A DNA stretch of 64,000 bases from Glaucostegus cemiculus (lineage: Eukaryota): NCBI GenBank assembly GCA_976551045.1, contig CDPCPM010000060.1, positions 3,224,001-3,288,000 of the forward strand, written 5' to 3'. The position numbers and the translations under genes were made by a program. Below the pieces are notes generated by a model that searched no databases, had not been told where the DNA came from, and worked only from the letters and a program-made list of their open reading frames with translations. This document shows, one piece after another, positions 51,721 through 64,000 of the stretch (positions are counted from its first letter, which is position 1; each line of letters opens with the position of its first letter).

Positions 51721-53049
51721 CCTCATTGGTCTAATTTTCACCTTCCTTCTCCCAATTTTTTCTTCCTAATCCCTGTTACCATATAGAATTGTAATTCTGG
51801 TGCATGTTTAAAAAAACTTTCCCAAGCCTCCTCCCTTTCTCTTGCTTCTCTTTTCACTCTAATTTCTCTTCTCCCCTTCTCCCGATCCTTGCCTCTTCAC
51901 TCCATTCCTTTTCTCATCTTTACCTGCCCTCAAGTTCTAATTTGCAACACCACAGGAAATTTAAAGCACCTTTCTTCTTGATAAAAAGCTAATCAAACAG
52001 TCCCTTTTCTTCCAGGTGGATGCACAACTCAAATGATGTTGTAGATTAAAATTGGTAGCACATCACAGAAAATAAGATTTTTTTTAGGATAAGGCCTTTC
52101 CTTTCCCCCTCCTTCCTGAAAATGCATTGATAATTGGGAACTCTGTGGACTATTTCAGAAGTCATTATTCTATCTCTTAAGCACAGTACCAATATATTCT
52201 GATTTTCTTTATCATTTCCAAATGGCTCCTTAAGCATTCAGCTAGCCATCTGCAACGTAGCTATTTGAACAGGGGTATTTTCCTTGCTACCTACTGTAAA
52301 TCTTAAGTTTACAGTAGATAGCAATCCATCAGCATCAGAATGCAAATGATAATGAATAAGAGTTTAGATTTTACAATGATTCTGCCACTGGTTTAAATCT
52401 TTCTTCATCATATTGGAAGTTAAAGTTGCATTTAGGAACATTTTCAAACTGGGACATCATCCAGCCTTAGGCATGGCTATGGCATTCGTACAATTGTGCT
52501 CTCATCTGATCTGAAGGTCTCTCTGTCAAACTCAAACTTCAGTCGTGTATCATTGCTTATTCTTCTGCTTGGTCTACTGAGACCTGCAGTTTCGCATGGA
52601 TTTTCATTTCATTGGTGACAAAACCCCAGCTCTTGTGGTGCAAGGTCAGTGTGTCTCCAACATCAAAAGGCAATATGGACACCTGACAGTGCTGCAGCAA
52701 GGCTGGAACCAGTGACTGGACTACTGATGTTTTTGGTTTGCTTCAGATTAGATACTGATAACTGGGGTAGCAATTCTTATTTTTAAAATAAAATCTCTAC
52801 AGAGCTCTGCTTGTGTTTAGGAAAAGTAAAGTTAATATACAGACAACCAGGCAGAGTAAGGGAGGCAGGCAGATAATCAGGAAACCTCAGAAAGCATTTT
52901 CATTCAAAGCAGTTGTTCTGTGTTAGAAAATGGTGGAGGTGAATGCAGTTCTGCTGAGTCTGCAAAGTGGGTGGCTCAGCTGCACAGCAGGGGGTGGTGG
53001 AGGCCAAAGTCCGAGGGTAACAGTAATAGGATACTCAATAGTAAGTGGA

Positions 53050-53790
53050 AAAGACAGGAGCTTCTGTGGCCATTGACACGCATACAGGATAGTACTAAGA
53101 TCAAGGATGTCACAGAATAATTGCAGGGCATTATAACAGGAAATGATAAACAGCCAGAAGTTGTGGTTCACTTTCGTGCTAATGACATAGGTAAGAGATG
53201 AGGTCCTGTAACAAGAAATTAGGGAATAGGATGGCTGATTAAAAAGCGGGGCCTGCTAAACCTGGAATCTCTGGATTAATTTCTGGTGCCAAATACTAAC
53301 AAGTACTAGCAAGTAACAAACAGTACCAGCAAGGATAGATCAGATGAGTGTGTGGGTAAAGAGATGGTGCAGAAGGGAGAGCTTAGATTCCTGGATAACT
53401 AGACCATTTCTGGGGAAAGTGTGAGCTGTACAAACTGGACAGGTCACCCCTGAATCTGAACAACTTTGGGGGGAGTTTTGCGAATGCTGTTTGGGAGGGT
53501 TTAAACTAATTGGCAGGTTAATGGGCCACATAATAGATGTACAGTTGGAGGGAATTGCAGTCAAATATAAAAGGAAAAAAAGTATACATAAATATTATAA
53601 GGCACATGGGAGGAATACAAGGCTCCATGGCATAGATTTTAATGCAAGGGGTCAGACCAGTAAGATAGGTGAACTGAAAGCATCGATTATGACATTATTA
53701 CTATCACAGAGAAATGGTTGAAAGAAGGGCAGGACTGGCAACTCAACAGCCCAGGCTATGGAATGTCCTAGCATCATGGGGTGGTGACAA
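53050..53790 (+). mobile_element. CR1 5' region remnant: ORF1 SGNH-esterase part and start of ORF2
   Basis: QPEVVVHFRANDIGK (VVVH.GTND motif), W.KRWCRRE; FNARG and ITE.W endonuclease remnants. Confidence 0.65.
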
Positions 53791-54079
53791 CTTGCCCTTT
53801 CCTGTTGGTATTAGAATTCTCCAGTTCTGCTTTCAGGTTATCCATTTCTAATATTAACTCAGTTTCTTTCCACATGGCATTTTAAGCATTCTCTTTTTGA
53901 TTTTAGTTTTCAGCAACAGCTCTATCCTGCATTTTCAAAGTCTTTTTCCCTCTCTCCAAATGTCTTCATTAATCTCCTAACCAGAAGGCTCTGTAAAATG
54001 GGAAATCCTTTTGTCACCTTCTTCAGTGGTTTTCCTATTCACCCAGTCCTCCACTAAATCGTTTTATCTCTATCCCATT

Positions 54080-54205
54080 TCCGATGAAGGGTCTTCGGTC
54101 TGAGAGATTAACTCTGCTTCCAATTCAATATACTAACCTGCTGAGATTTTCTAGCATTTTCCATTTTTATTTCAGATTTCTAACATCTGCAGTTTTTGAT
54201 TTCTA
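54080..54205 (+). mobile_element. Penelope-derived pLTR fragment
   Basis: ccgatgaagggtcttcggtctgaga (decayed hammerhead core) followed by cctgctgag..agcattt..ttcagatttc..catctgcag. Confidence 0.6.
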
Positions 54206-55054
54206 ACAAAGAGAAGCCTATATTTGATTTGAAGGAATGAAGTACAGACCTAGCACAAAAGCTGGGAAATCAAACAAAATATTTTTGCTTGGATTCTGAA
54301 GCGTTAGTGAGGTTATGTCAAGTAATGCATCAGCAAAGACATTGATGCACAAAATGCAGACAATTGGAAAATAAAGAACAAGAGAAATTAGATGAAAAAC
54401 ATGTTGTCTACTAGCTCCCACAACTTCAAGTTTGAGAACTTTTTCTGCCATTCTCCACCTTCACAAACAGATCAAATTGGGAAATTGTTTTGTATACATA
54501 GTTAGTGAGCTCTGCTTGTGGTGGTCAACAAGATTGATTCCATGGACCACTGTGGTTTTTTGTTTTACCAGTTTTGCCTTTTCAGGAATGCCAGTATGTT
54601 GGATCTGCTTGGCAACTTTCTTGAACTGGTGTTGAGAATATGCATTTTCAAGCAGCAATCTATAGAGCAAAACAAACTGACTGGAGACACTGAGTGGAAG
54701 CTCGTGTGGGAATACCTAAAAACAATTTAAAGAGGAATACTATCAAAGAAAAACATAGATAAAATTGATTGACAGTCAGAAAGGTTTTCTGTATCTTAAA
54801 TGATATGCTCTGAAATATTGACCAAGCTACTATTTTGAAAACTATTCCTGAGTGTAGGATAGAAGTCCGTGGGTGAAACCTGGAAGCCAATGAAATTGGC
54901 TATGATCATCGCTGATTGAAGCACTTTGAAGATGCACAGCAGGCTTGGTGCAATCTCAACTGTATTTAAATGCACAAAATGAAAACGAGAGGTATTTACA
55001 ATTATTGGATCAAATAGCAAGGCTAGAAACAGATTCAATGCTGCATCAGTCATT

Positions 55055-55822
55055 GACTTCAGAAAGTGGGTGGAGTACATGTCCGTCTGTATCAATGATG
55101 CTAAGGTGGAGATGGTTGAGAGCTTCAAGTTCCTAGGGGTAAATATCTCCAAAAACTTGTCCTGGTCCAGCCACTTTGATACTATGGCCAAGAAAGCACA
55201 CCAGCACCTCTATGTCCTCAGAAGCTTAAGGAAATTCAGCATGTCCGCAGTGATCCTCACCAATTTTTACAGATGCACCATAGAAAGCATCCTATCCAGA
55301 TGAATCACAGATTGGTACGGCAACTGCTCTGCTCAAGACTGCAAGAAATTGCAAAGAGTTGTGAATGCAGCCCAGTCTATCATGAAAACCAGTCTCCCCT
55401 CCACTGACTGTCCGTACTTCCTGCTGCCTTGGGAAAGCAGCAAAACATAATCAAAGACTCCCTCCCACCCCGGTCATTCCTCTTCTCCCTCCTTCCGTCA
55501 GGTAGAAGATACAAAAGCTTGAGAACACATACCATCAGGCTCAAGGACAGCTTCTATCCTGCTATTGTAAGACTCTTGAATGGACTTCTTATATGATAAA
55601 GATGAACTCTTGATCTCTCAATCTACATCATGGCCCTTGCACGTTATTTGTCTACCTGTACACACTCTCTCTGCAACTGTAACACTATATTCTGCATTCT
55701 GTTATTGTTTTCCCTTTGTACTACCTCAATGTGCTTATGTATGGAATGATCTGTCTGGATGGCATGCAGACAAAGGCTTTCCACCATCTCAGAACATGTG
55801 ACAATAATAAACCAATTACCAC
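55055..55822 (+). mobile_element. Rex1/Babar-type LINE, older subfamily, 5'-truncated
   Basis: VESFKFLGVNIS..KKAHQHLYVLRSL..FYRCTIESIL, LPSGRRY..RLKDSFYPA; tail gacaataataaaccaatt. Confidence 0.88.
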
Positions 55823-57199
55823 TGGAATTGCTGCTGGATCCGGTCAGAAATAAGGATATGTGAGAAGATACTTTGGCTCTCACCAAGAAGCTGAGGATCA
55901 AGCAGTAGAAACTTTGTGACGTGCAAGAATAGAAGTGGTTAACATATCTAGGCAAAGAAAAGTTGAGAACATTTATTTATTCACTAGTGTCTTGTGACTA
56001 AGTCCACCACTTGAACTGTGTCTTGCTGGCCTTCTCCATCAGATCATTCTTCACATCCATTCAATTTAAGCAGGGCTCTGTCAATTTCAATGCAATTAAT
56101 CACTGCCCTATCTATTCATTTCCCATTGATATCTGCCCAAGATAATACATCTCTCTCACACTCACCATTATCATTATTCTTAGCAGGATATGGAGATAGC
56201 GTTGCTTTCATATCACTTTTAATGGAATTATAAATATCATTATCACGCACACGATGACTATTTACCATCCACTCAATTAGGAGATGATTATGGTGACTAT
56301 AAAACTTGAGATCGCCACAACTAATGTATATTGTTGTTTCTTTGCTTTCTGGAGCCTTTATTCAGAGAAGGTGGTGCAGGACATACATAAGAGTGACTCC
56401 TCAGTGGATTTCATTCTAACTGAGAGTGAACATAGCCCTGCATAAGCAAGGATGCCCTCACATGGAGTGGATCCAATTAATGATTTAGGTTTTCACCTGA
56501 TGATTTATGATGCATAAATGAACATGAGCGAACATTAATGCAATGTTCAGGTGTGGAGAGATAATGGTGGAACTGCACTCATCTCTAAACTCTGTTTAGC
56601 TAGATACAGATTCTTAATCTCAGAGGTTAACATTAAGAAAAATACTGCTAGAGGTGACTGGTACTGGTACTAGCACTGGCAGACTTACCATGCAACATCT
56701 CCACAATAGTGGAAAGGATGGAGTAAATTTCTGGTGGTTTGGTGGCACAGGGAATTTTGAGGATGTCTATGATGGAGAGTGGCCAAATGCAGCAACTCAA
56801 ATGTTTAAGATGGCCATGACCTGCTGCTTTTAATAGAGTAACAGAAGCTTCATCCATGACCACAGAACACTACATTGACTTTCTCCAAGCAGTGGCTCAC
56901 TTACATCCAGTGATGAAACTCACTGTGCCTTGCTAGCATTTGCCATCAGATCACTCCTCACATCCATTCAATTTAATGCAGCACCCAACTGAGAATTAAC
57001 TCCTTGTGAAGGGGACCCATTGTGCAGATAGATGGTTTGTGGGCTGAGTGGTTCAAGAATTGCTTAGTGCAGAAAAAAAGGGAGGAGGGTCTGTGGTGGT
57101 CAAAACAGTAAATGGAGGATTTTATTTCTTATGTTTTTCTGTGTGGGGAAATAGTTGGTAAATATGCAACATTAGGGAGGCCAAGCATCCAGGGCAACA

Positions 57200-57705
57200 A
57201 TCTTCTCTTCTCATCCTCTTCTGCTCCTTCTTCTCTATGTTTTTCCAATTCAAAGATGAGGAATGCACCTTTTCATCCTCCTGTATGTCATTTTCCCCAA
57301 CTTGGAATATTGCCCAAATAGCAGCATGCCACCATTATTCTGGTCATCACTGCTGGTGAATACTGAAGGGAGCCATCAGGCCTCTCCATTCATCTTCAGC
57401 ACTCCCACAGTTTTAATCCATGGTAGATCTGATGGTCAGGTGGCTCACATTGTAATGTTCCAGTACACTACAGAAGGGGTGCCACACAGGTTTCCACAGG
57501 CAATTTTAAAGAGGGTATTATTTGCTTCTCATGACCCAGCCCATGTCAAGTTCCTGGAACAAAGAGACCTGGAATGTTGGGAAGCTTCAGTGTAAATGCT
57601 TTCTGACTCTTCCCAAGGCACCTGCTGCAGAGTTCCTGCCCACAGGCTTGCCAAATGAAATAAACAGATCCCTCCTGTTGCAAACACCTGACTGTTCTTC
57701 ATGAA
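57200..57705 (-). mobile_element. PIF/Harbinger (HARBI1-like) DDE transposase fossil
   Basis: Frameshifted - strand pieces GWVMRSK*YPL, HYNVSHLTIRST, TVGVLKM and GSLQYSPAVMTRIMVACCYLGNI, followed by an acidic tail. Confidence 0.7.
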
Positions 57706-58030
57706 TCAAATGTAGTTTTACTTTTGACTCCTATATAGTTGCAGAGTTTTGAAATTTGTATGTGTAATATGTTGCGTAGCTGTGCACTAAGTAAACTGCA
57801 GTATGTCCTCCTACGTATGTGCTCTGAAGCACATCAGTTGACCAATCCCCTTTGTTCTTCCATAAATTCCAGCTTGAAACTGCCATAATATTCAGATAGC
57901 TGGAATTAGTGCTTAGTAAGTTGTGGACAACGAACTGTAAGGTGTTCTTGCAGTTGATTATTGGGCAAACAGATAGATAAATATTCTTCACAGTTTGCAA
58001 ATATTACTCTTGCTATGGAGGTACCCTATT

Positions 58031-58842
58031 TAGAGCATAGAACATAGATACCTACAGCAAAATTCAGGCCCTTCGGCCCACAAAGCTGTGCCGAACATGT
58101 CCCCACACTATTAGGCTTACCCATAGCCTTCTATCTTATTTACCTCCGTGTACCTATCCAACAGTCTCTTGAAAGACCCTAACGTTTCCGCCTCCACCAC
58201 CATCTCTGGCAGCCCATTCCACGCACTCACCACTGAGTAAAAAACTTAACCCTAACATCTCCCCTATATCTTTCCCCCAGCACCTTAAACCTACGTCCTC
58301 TGTGGCCACCATTTCAACCCTGGGGAAAAGCCTCCGACTATCTATCCTATCCATACCTCTCAACATCTTATACACCTCAATCAGGTCCCCCCTCATCCTC
58401 CTTCTCTCCAAGGAGAAAAGGCCGAGTTCCCGCAACCTGCTCTCATAAGGCATGCTCCTCATTCCAGGCAGCATCCTCTTAAACCTCCTCTGCACCCTCT
58501 CTATAGCTTCCACATCCTTCCTGTAGTGAGGCGACCAGAACTGAACACAATACTCCAGGTGGGGTCTGACCAGGGACCTATACAACTGAAGCATTACCTC
58601 CCTACTCCTAAATTCAATCGCTCAACCGATGAAGGACAATACACCATACGCCTTCCTAACCACGGAGTCAATCTGCGCAGCCGCCTTGAGCGTCCTATGG
58701 ACTTGGACCCCAAGATCCCTCTGATCCTCCACATTGCCAAGAGTCTTACCGTTAATTCTATATTCCGCCAGCCTATTTGACCTACCAAAATGAACCACTT
58801 CACATTTATCTGGGTTGACCAAAACGAACCACTTCACATTTA
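58031..58842 (-). mobile_element. CR1 LINE, 5'-truncated, same subfamily as 29432-32445
   Basis: LYRSLVRPHLEYCVQFWSPHYRKD; tail nearly identical to that at 29432. Confidence 0.93.
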
Positions 58843-59659
58843 CCACAGGTGTGCAGTTGATGGTTCCCTGTTCCAGCTGAAATCAGCAGAGAGGCTATTC
58901 TGAAGGTCCTTTCAGATAGACAAACATATGTTTAAATGTCCACAGGAACTGCAGCTCAATCTCACCTTGTTACAGTGGTCATAATTTAGAATTAACTTTT
59001 CCCAGTTTAAGTAAAATTTTAAAAATCTCATCTCACTAATGTTTCCAAAGGATATTAATTGCAGCAACAACTATTCACCCAGTTCACTAATTTACATTCC
59101 AACTTAATTTAATAGTTTTCTCTAAATGTCTCCATTAAACTTTGTTGCTGGTATGTTGGAGCTTGATTTGCGGTTGCAATCCAAAAGACCAATTACGTGA
59201 ACTATCTATCCAAATCCAACCCATCCATTTATTGGTGCTAAAAATCTTTTAATTAGCCCTCTCTCTCTCTACATATGCTGCTTGGTCTGCTGAATGTTTC
59301 CAACAATTTCTACTTTATTCTACCTTTAAAAATGAGAACAATGAGGTGATTACATCTCAAAAAGAAATCAAAATAACTCTGGTCAATGTTGCTATTGTAA
59401 GCAAACTTATGTGCCAATTTATAACATTCCCAGAGCTTCAGTGGCTTAGGATGGTGAATGAACTGTGAACTATGCAGCAGGCAAAAGTAGTTTTTGATCA
59501 TTTGTTAGTACGGAGTTCAGCCAGAGAAGCAGTAGAGCCTGTAATGTCTGGACTGTGGAAAAAAATGACTCCTGATCAATCTCCAGTAACTCTTGCCTGT
59601 GTGATTGCAGATGTTGGGAGAAGACTGATGCTGGTTTTGCTGTGATTCATCTTGTGATC

Positions 59660-59900
59660 ATACACAACAACAGCATATTTATATTGCAAATTTGACACAG
59701 TGAATTGTACCAAGATGCTTCACAGGAGTATTATCAATAAAAAAAAGTCACATAAGGAAATATCAAGCCAGGTCACTGACAAAAGTGGATAAGGATATAG
59801 GTTTATGAAATATCTTCAAGCAAGGAGAGAGATTATACAGATGGTTTTGGGAAAGAATTCTAGAGCTTTGAATCAAGTCCAATGGTGAAGAAATTAAAAA
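59660..59900 (-). mobile_element. Degraded L2-type 3' fragment
   Basis: caacaacagcatatttata...gcttcacaggag tail. Confidence 0.4.
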
Positions 59901-61484
59901 TGAAAATTAAAAATGTAGGGTACTTGGATATTATGGGCTAACTCGGTTTCAGGCTATAATTTATTGAACAACGATGGGGGTTAGTTGGCTGCTGTGTCTT
60001 ATAACAGGTAGAGATAAGACGGACATACTGTGGTTTACATAGTGCACAATCATGCAACATATTACACACTGACTGTCTTTATTACAAATTTAATAACTCT
60101 GCAACCAAGCAGGAATTCAACAGTGAAAAATTAAAATAAGCAGCCAAAATGTTGGAAGACATATCTTGAAAGGTTGTAGGACTGGAGAAGGTGATTGAGA
60201 TGGGGACAGAAGGGGTGATGGAGGGATATAAAAAAGATAAATTTTCATTGCCACTGGGAGCAAATGTGGATTACTAAGCACAAAGGTGATGAGTGAATGG
60301 AATTGGGTGTGCAATACTTTGTGGGAAAATGCATGAATATTGCCCTGATGTGGTCAATGTCACTTTATTCACATCATTCTTTGTCATATTCAGAGAAGGA
60401 GATGGAAAAAACTGCAGAAGGCAAAGGTAACAAGGCCTGAAGGAACATAGGTACTATCTTTCCCAGGGTGTCAGACCATTTAATGGATGATAGTGGAGAA
60501 GCTTATTATTTATTCTTCTGATTACCACCCATTCCCTCTGACATTTATCAGAAAAGGTAGTTGGATGCAGAAGGCAGTGCAGCTAACTGTAGCATATTTG
60601 CAAATTGATTTCTATGCTCCAAGGCAAATGAACATTAATAGCATGAAGCGAGTATCACCAGAATTTACGACTGTAAAATTGAACGTCAAGTATGTTAAGG
60701 TTTAAGCTTTTTTCAATTAGCTAACAGATATTTCCCATAAAATTTTAACCAAATGTAAAAGGTTTTCATAATGACCAATTAAGGATGACTATGCCAGAAT
60801 ATTTCAGTGATTACAACTAAACTTATTAGCTAAATACTTTGTCAGAACTTGCAAACAGATTTGCAGGTCCCATGCTACCATTCATAATGTACTTTAACCT
60901 CATTATAACAAATTGCAGCAGTAATTATCGTGGCATTCACAGGAAGTGTGGAACGTGCCATGAAAACTTCCCAGCCCTGGTATTCTGAAGTTAAGGAATA
61001 AAATCAAGAAAGAAGCTCAAACTTAAGAAAGAAAAAGTACTTATCTGAGGTCCCTGAATACGATACAAACATCTGAACCTAGTACTTTTTCTTGGTAGGA
61101 CAATCTGTGCATTTCCAGTTAATTGTCTGTGTCTCCTGTAATTGCAGTTCAGTTTTTATTGAGGGGAAACCCTGTTTACATTGCTTTGATAGAACTTGAA
61201 TTCCATTGTCTGGGAGGGAGTTCTATGTTCAAATGTTAGCATTTATTTGCAAAAGTCTCATCCAGTTAAAATTTTAGGAGCTGATTTTTGCCAAATACTT
61301 TGGGCATTAAAGAATTTCCAAGGTAACTAAAATGAGATCTCAAACTGAAAAATGCTGGTTTAGCCAGTTGAGCACAAGTCAAATCTTGGTAAAGGAAGTG
61401 AAGTTTCCAGGCGACCAAGAGGCTTTTTAAATTCACTGATGCATTCAGGAACTCATTAAGAAGGCTGGATTTTATTCTGGAGAC

Positions 61485-61750
61485 ACACAAGAAAATAGGA
61501 GCAGAATAGTCCACGTCAAGTCTGCCTTCTCATTCAATATGTTCATGGCTGATCTGCCCCAGACTTCATCTCTTCTGTATCACCTCCCCATAGCCCTCAA
61601 TTCCCTGATCTTTCAGGAAGCTATCTACTTCCTCTTTAGATCCTCCTAGTGATTTAGCTTCCACAACCCTCTTGAGATTCACTACCCTCTCTGAGAAGTT
61701 GGTCTTGAGCACCTCAGTTTTAAATGATTGCTCCTAATCTTGTAACTAAA
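61485..61750 (-). mobile_element. CR1 3' tail fragment
   Basis: aagaaaataggagcagaa..ttcaat..catggctgatctg tail. Confidence 0.7.
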
Positions 61751-62769
61751 TTCAAAACAGTCTACAGAATAAACCTGGGGCCTACCAATTGCACTGGATC
61801 ATTTCCACAGTTGGCTATGTACTTTCAAACTGAATAGGTAATGGAACATTTTTTATGAAGCATGTAAAAATGATTCAAATTCTAGAACTGTATTAGTTCT
61901 CCCAAGGTAACGGCAGGGTTACATTCCAGGAAATGTTCGTAACTTGAACATTTTATGTCAGAAATGCAGCTGCAAACTGAGTTCCCACGGAGCAGAAGAT
62001 GCCTGCAGCACCACAGCAACCAGCAAATTCATATTGCTAGACTCCCAAACACTCGTATGTATGGGCTATACACAAGTCGAGCATCCATTAGCTGGGGAGG
62101 ACCTGCATGCTGAATTTTTAACCCTGCCTTTTTTTTAAAAAAATACTCTAATAGCATCACTGATATTTAAATGTCAAACCATTTTAAAAACTATCCCAGC
62201 AGAGACAGAAGCTGACTAGCCTGTTGAGAGAACTCAGTGGTGCACAATACACAGACCTATTCTCACCTGCATTTCAACAAACTAGCCATGGAGACAGTAA
62301 TCCAAAATAAGGCATTTCCTCTGATACAGGTGGGCAATGGAGAGAAAAATCAGAGGGGTTATGCAATGAACTATGCATGTTCAATATATTGTTGAAGATT
62401 CCAATATTAAGTCAAGATGCTGTGCTTCTCCAACTCTATCAACAGGAAACACCACTTTAAAGCTGCAAGGTTATTTCCAGCATGTTAACTATAAGAACAA
62501 AAATACCTTTGCTCATTGAAATGGGGATTTGGAATTTATTTATGATCATTTTATTTATGATAACATTCACCTTAAATGAAAACTATGCATGCAAGGGCAA
62601 GTATTCCTTTGAGAGCCCAAATAATTGTCCATAGATATTTACACAGTATTTCCTTCACCCAATTACACTACTATCCTGGGTAACAGCAGGTGGCTGGACA
62701 CAAACACCCACATCTGTTCATTAAGCCACAGAGAATAGAATCTACTGGCTTTTGTTTTTATATTCACAG

Positions 62770-63130
62770 AATACAGGCAAGTCCAACAGTTATTGGCCAT
62801 TTCTAATTGCCCTGGATGGGATCTTGGAGCTGGTAGTATGTTCCTGAGCCCGCTGCCCTTCTCCTCAGTTGAACAGATGGTGGGTTTGGAGATGCTGCCA
62901 AGGAAACCTTGACAAGTTGTTCAGTGTGTTTTATAGACTATACCTCCTGTAGCCGCAGTGTGGTAGAGAGAGTGAATGTTTTAAGTGCTGGGCAGGGTGC
63001 CAGTAGAACAGGCTGCTTTCCCCTGGATGGTGTCAATGTGGCTGGAACTGCACTCATCTATCAGCATTATATCAACACCATATACCATTGGTTGCTTGAC
63101 TGGTTACATCAAGACACTTGAAGTCCCAAC
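62770..63130 (-). mobile_element. Old CR1-clade LINE 3' end, inverted relative to 1-490
   Basis: aggcaagtcc..ttattggccatttctaattgccc tail. Confidence 0.45.
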
Positions 63131-64000
63131 TTAATAGCAGTTCAGGATGCAGAACCATCACCACCTACTCACAGGAAAACAGAGATGGGCACTAAACATT
63201 AGGCTAGCCTACATGCTGTGAATATTTATAAAAGTCAGATTTTATTCTCAGTGATTTCATAATTAGTTGTAGGATTTTCTGTCCTTTAGAAATTGCTGCC
63301 ATTTTGCTATGTGCAAGAGCCAGGCACTTGCTGTTACCTGGGATTGCAACGTATTTGCATGAAGAAAAAATTCTGTGCAGCTATTTGTTTTGCAAAAGTA
63401 AACCCTACCTTTGGATATCTATTTTATCAATTCAGAAAAAGTGTAGAGAAATACCATGAAGAAAATAACAACAAATAAACTCAATCCTCCCTCAATAGGC
63501 AAAAGGAAGAATATTTCTCTCTGGTTAATATGATGGAAATGAACCTGAATAAGTATATAGCTTTAAACTAGATGCCTTCTGAAAATATGATTTTGTTAGA
63601 AAACTTAATTATAAAGAACATTAAGCAAGTCTCCCATTTTTCAATAAAAATAAATTTCACCCACTAAGTCATTTTTAATGGCCTAAAAAAATATCTACAC
63701 AATAGTAACATATTGAATATGATTGACCTAATCACACAATCGTAAGTGAGCTGAGAACTGAATGACTCTTAAATACCAATCTGATTCTTCAAACAAATGT
63801 TTTATTTCAACTATGAAGGTGCTGCACAATAATATTTTGCATTTTTGTAATTCTTTTGACATTTCTTTTAATGTGTGGATTTAGTCCAGAGACAGAGCTG
63901 CAATAAATATGAGTGGAGTAATTCAAATTGAATTGCTAAACTGCTGTTATATACCAGATCCAATCTCTGCTGAGAAATAGCAGGGTCACCAGAAAATTGT

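Overview
Vertebrate nuclear DNA, AT-rich and dense in retroelements; the CR1/Penelope/DeuSINE/Rex content suggests a cartilaginous fish (inference). There is no prokaryotic content and no CRISPR array. The window holds two convergent spliced genes. The first is the 3' end of PLEKHA7 on + (exons 1455-1604, 2785-2918, 6366-6505, then alternative C-terminal exons at 9617 ending -YTFV* and at 13832 ending -ALAEH*). The second is a complete 5-exon C11orf58/SMAP on - (44636 to 22764, 179 aa), with a CpG-island promoter carrying two back-to-back ZNF143/THAP11-type motifs. The rest is intronic/intergenic DNA with CR1, Rex1/Babar, RTE, L2, Penelope-like, DeuSINE and Harbinger remnants. The most notable observations are: Penelope-derived hairpin elements carrying minimal hammerhead-ribozyme cores (near-intact at 49637-49675); an NMD-evading cassette exon that toggles a PDZ-binding C-terminus on PLEKHA7; a chain of strong splice signals suggesting an unannotated non-coding transcript at about 14.9-17.3 kb; divergent CTCF motifs; inverted CR1s flanking C11orf58 exon 4; and templated micro-duplications at LINE 5' junctions. 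Gene identities come from recalled protein similarity and synteny, not from a database search. Repeat boundaries are approximate.
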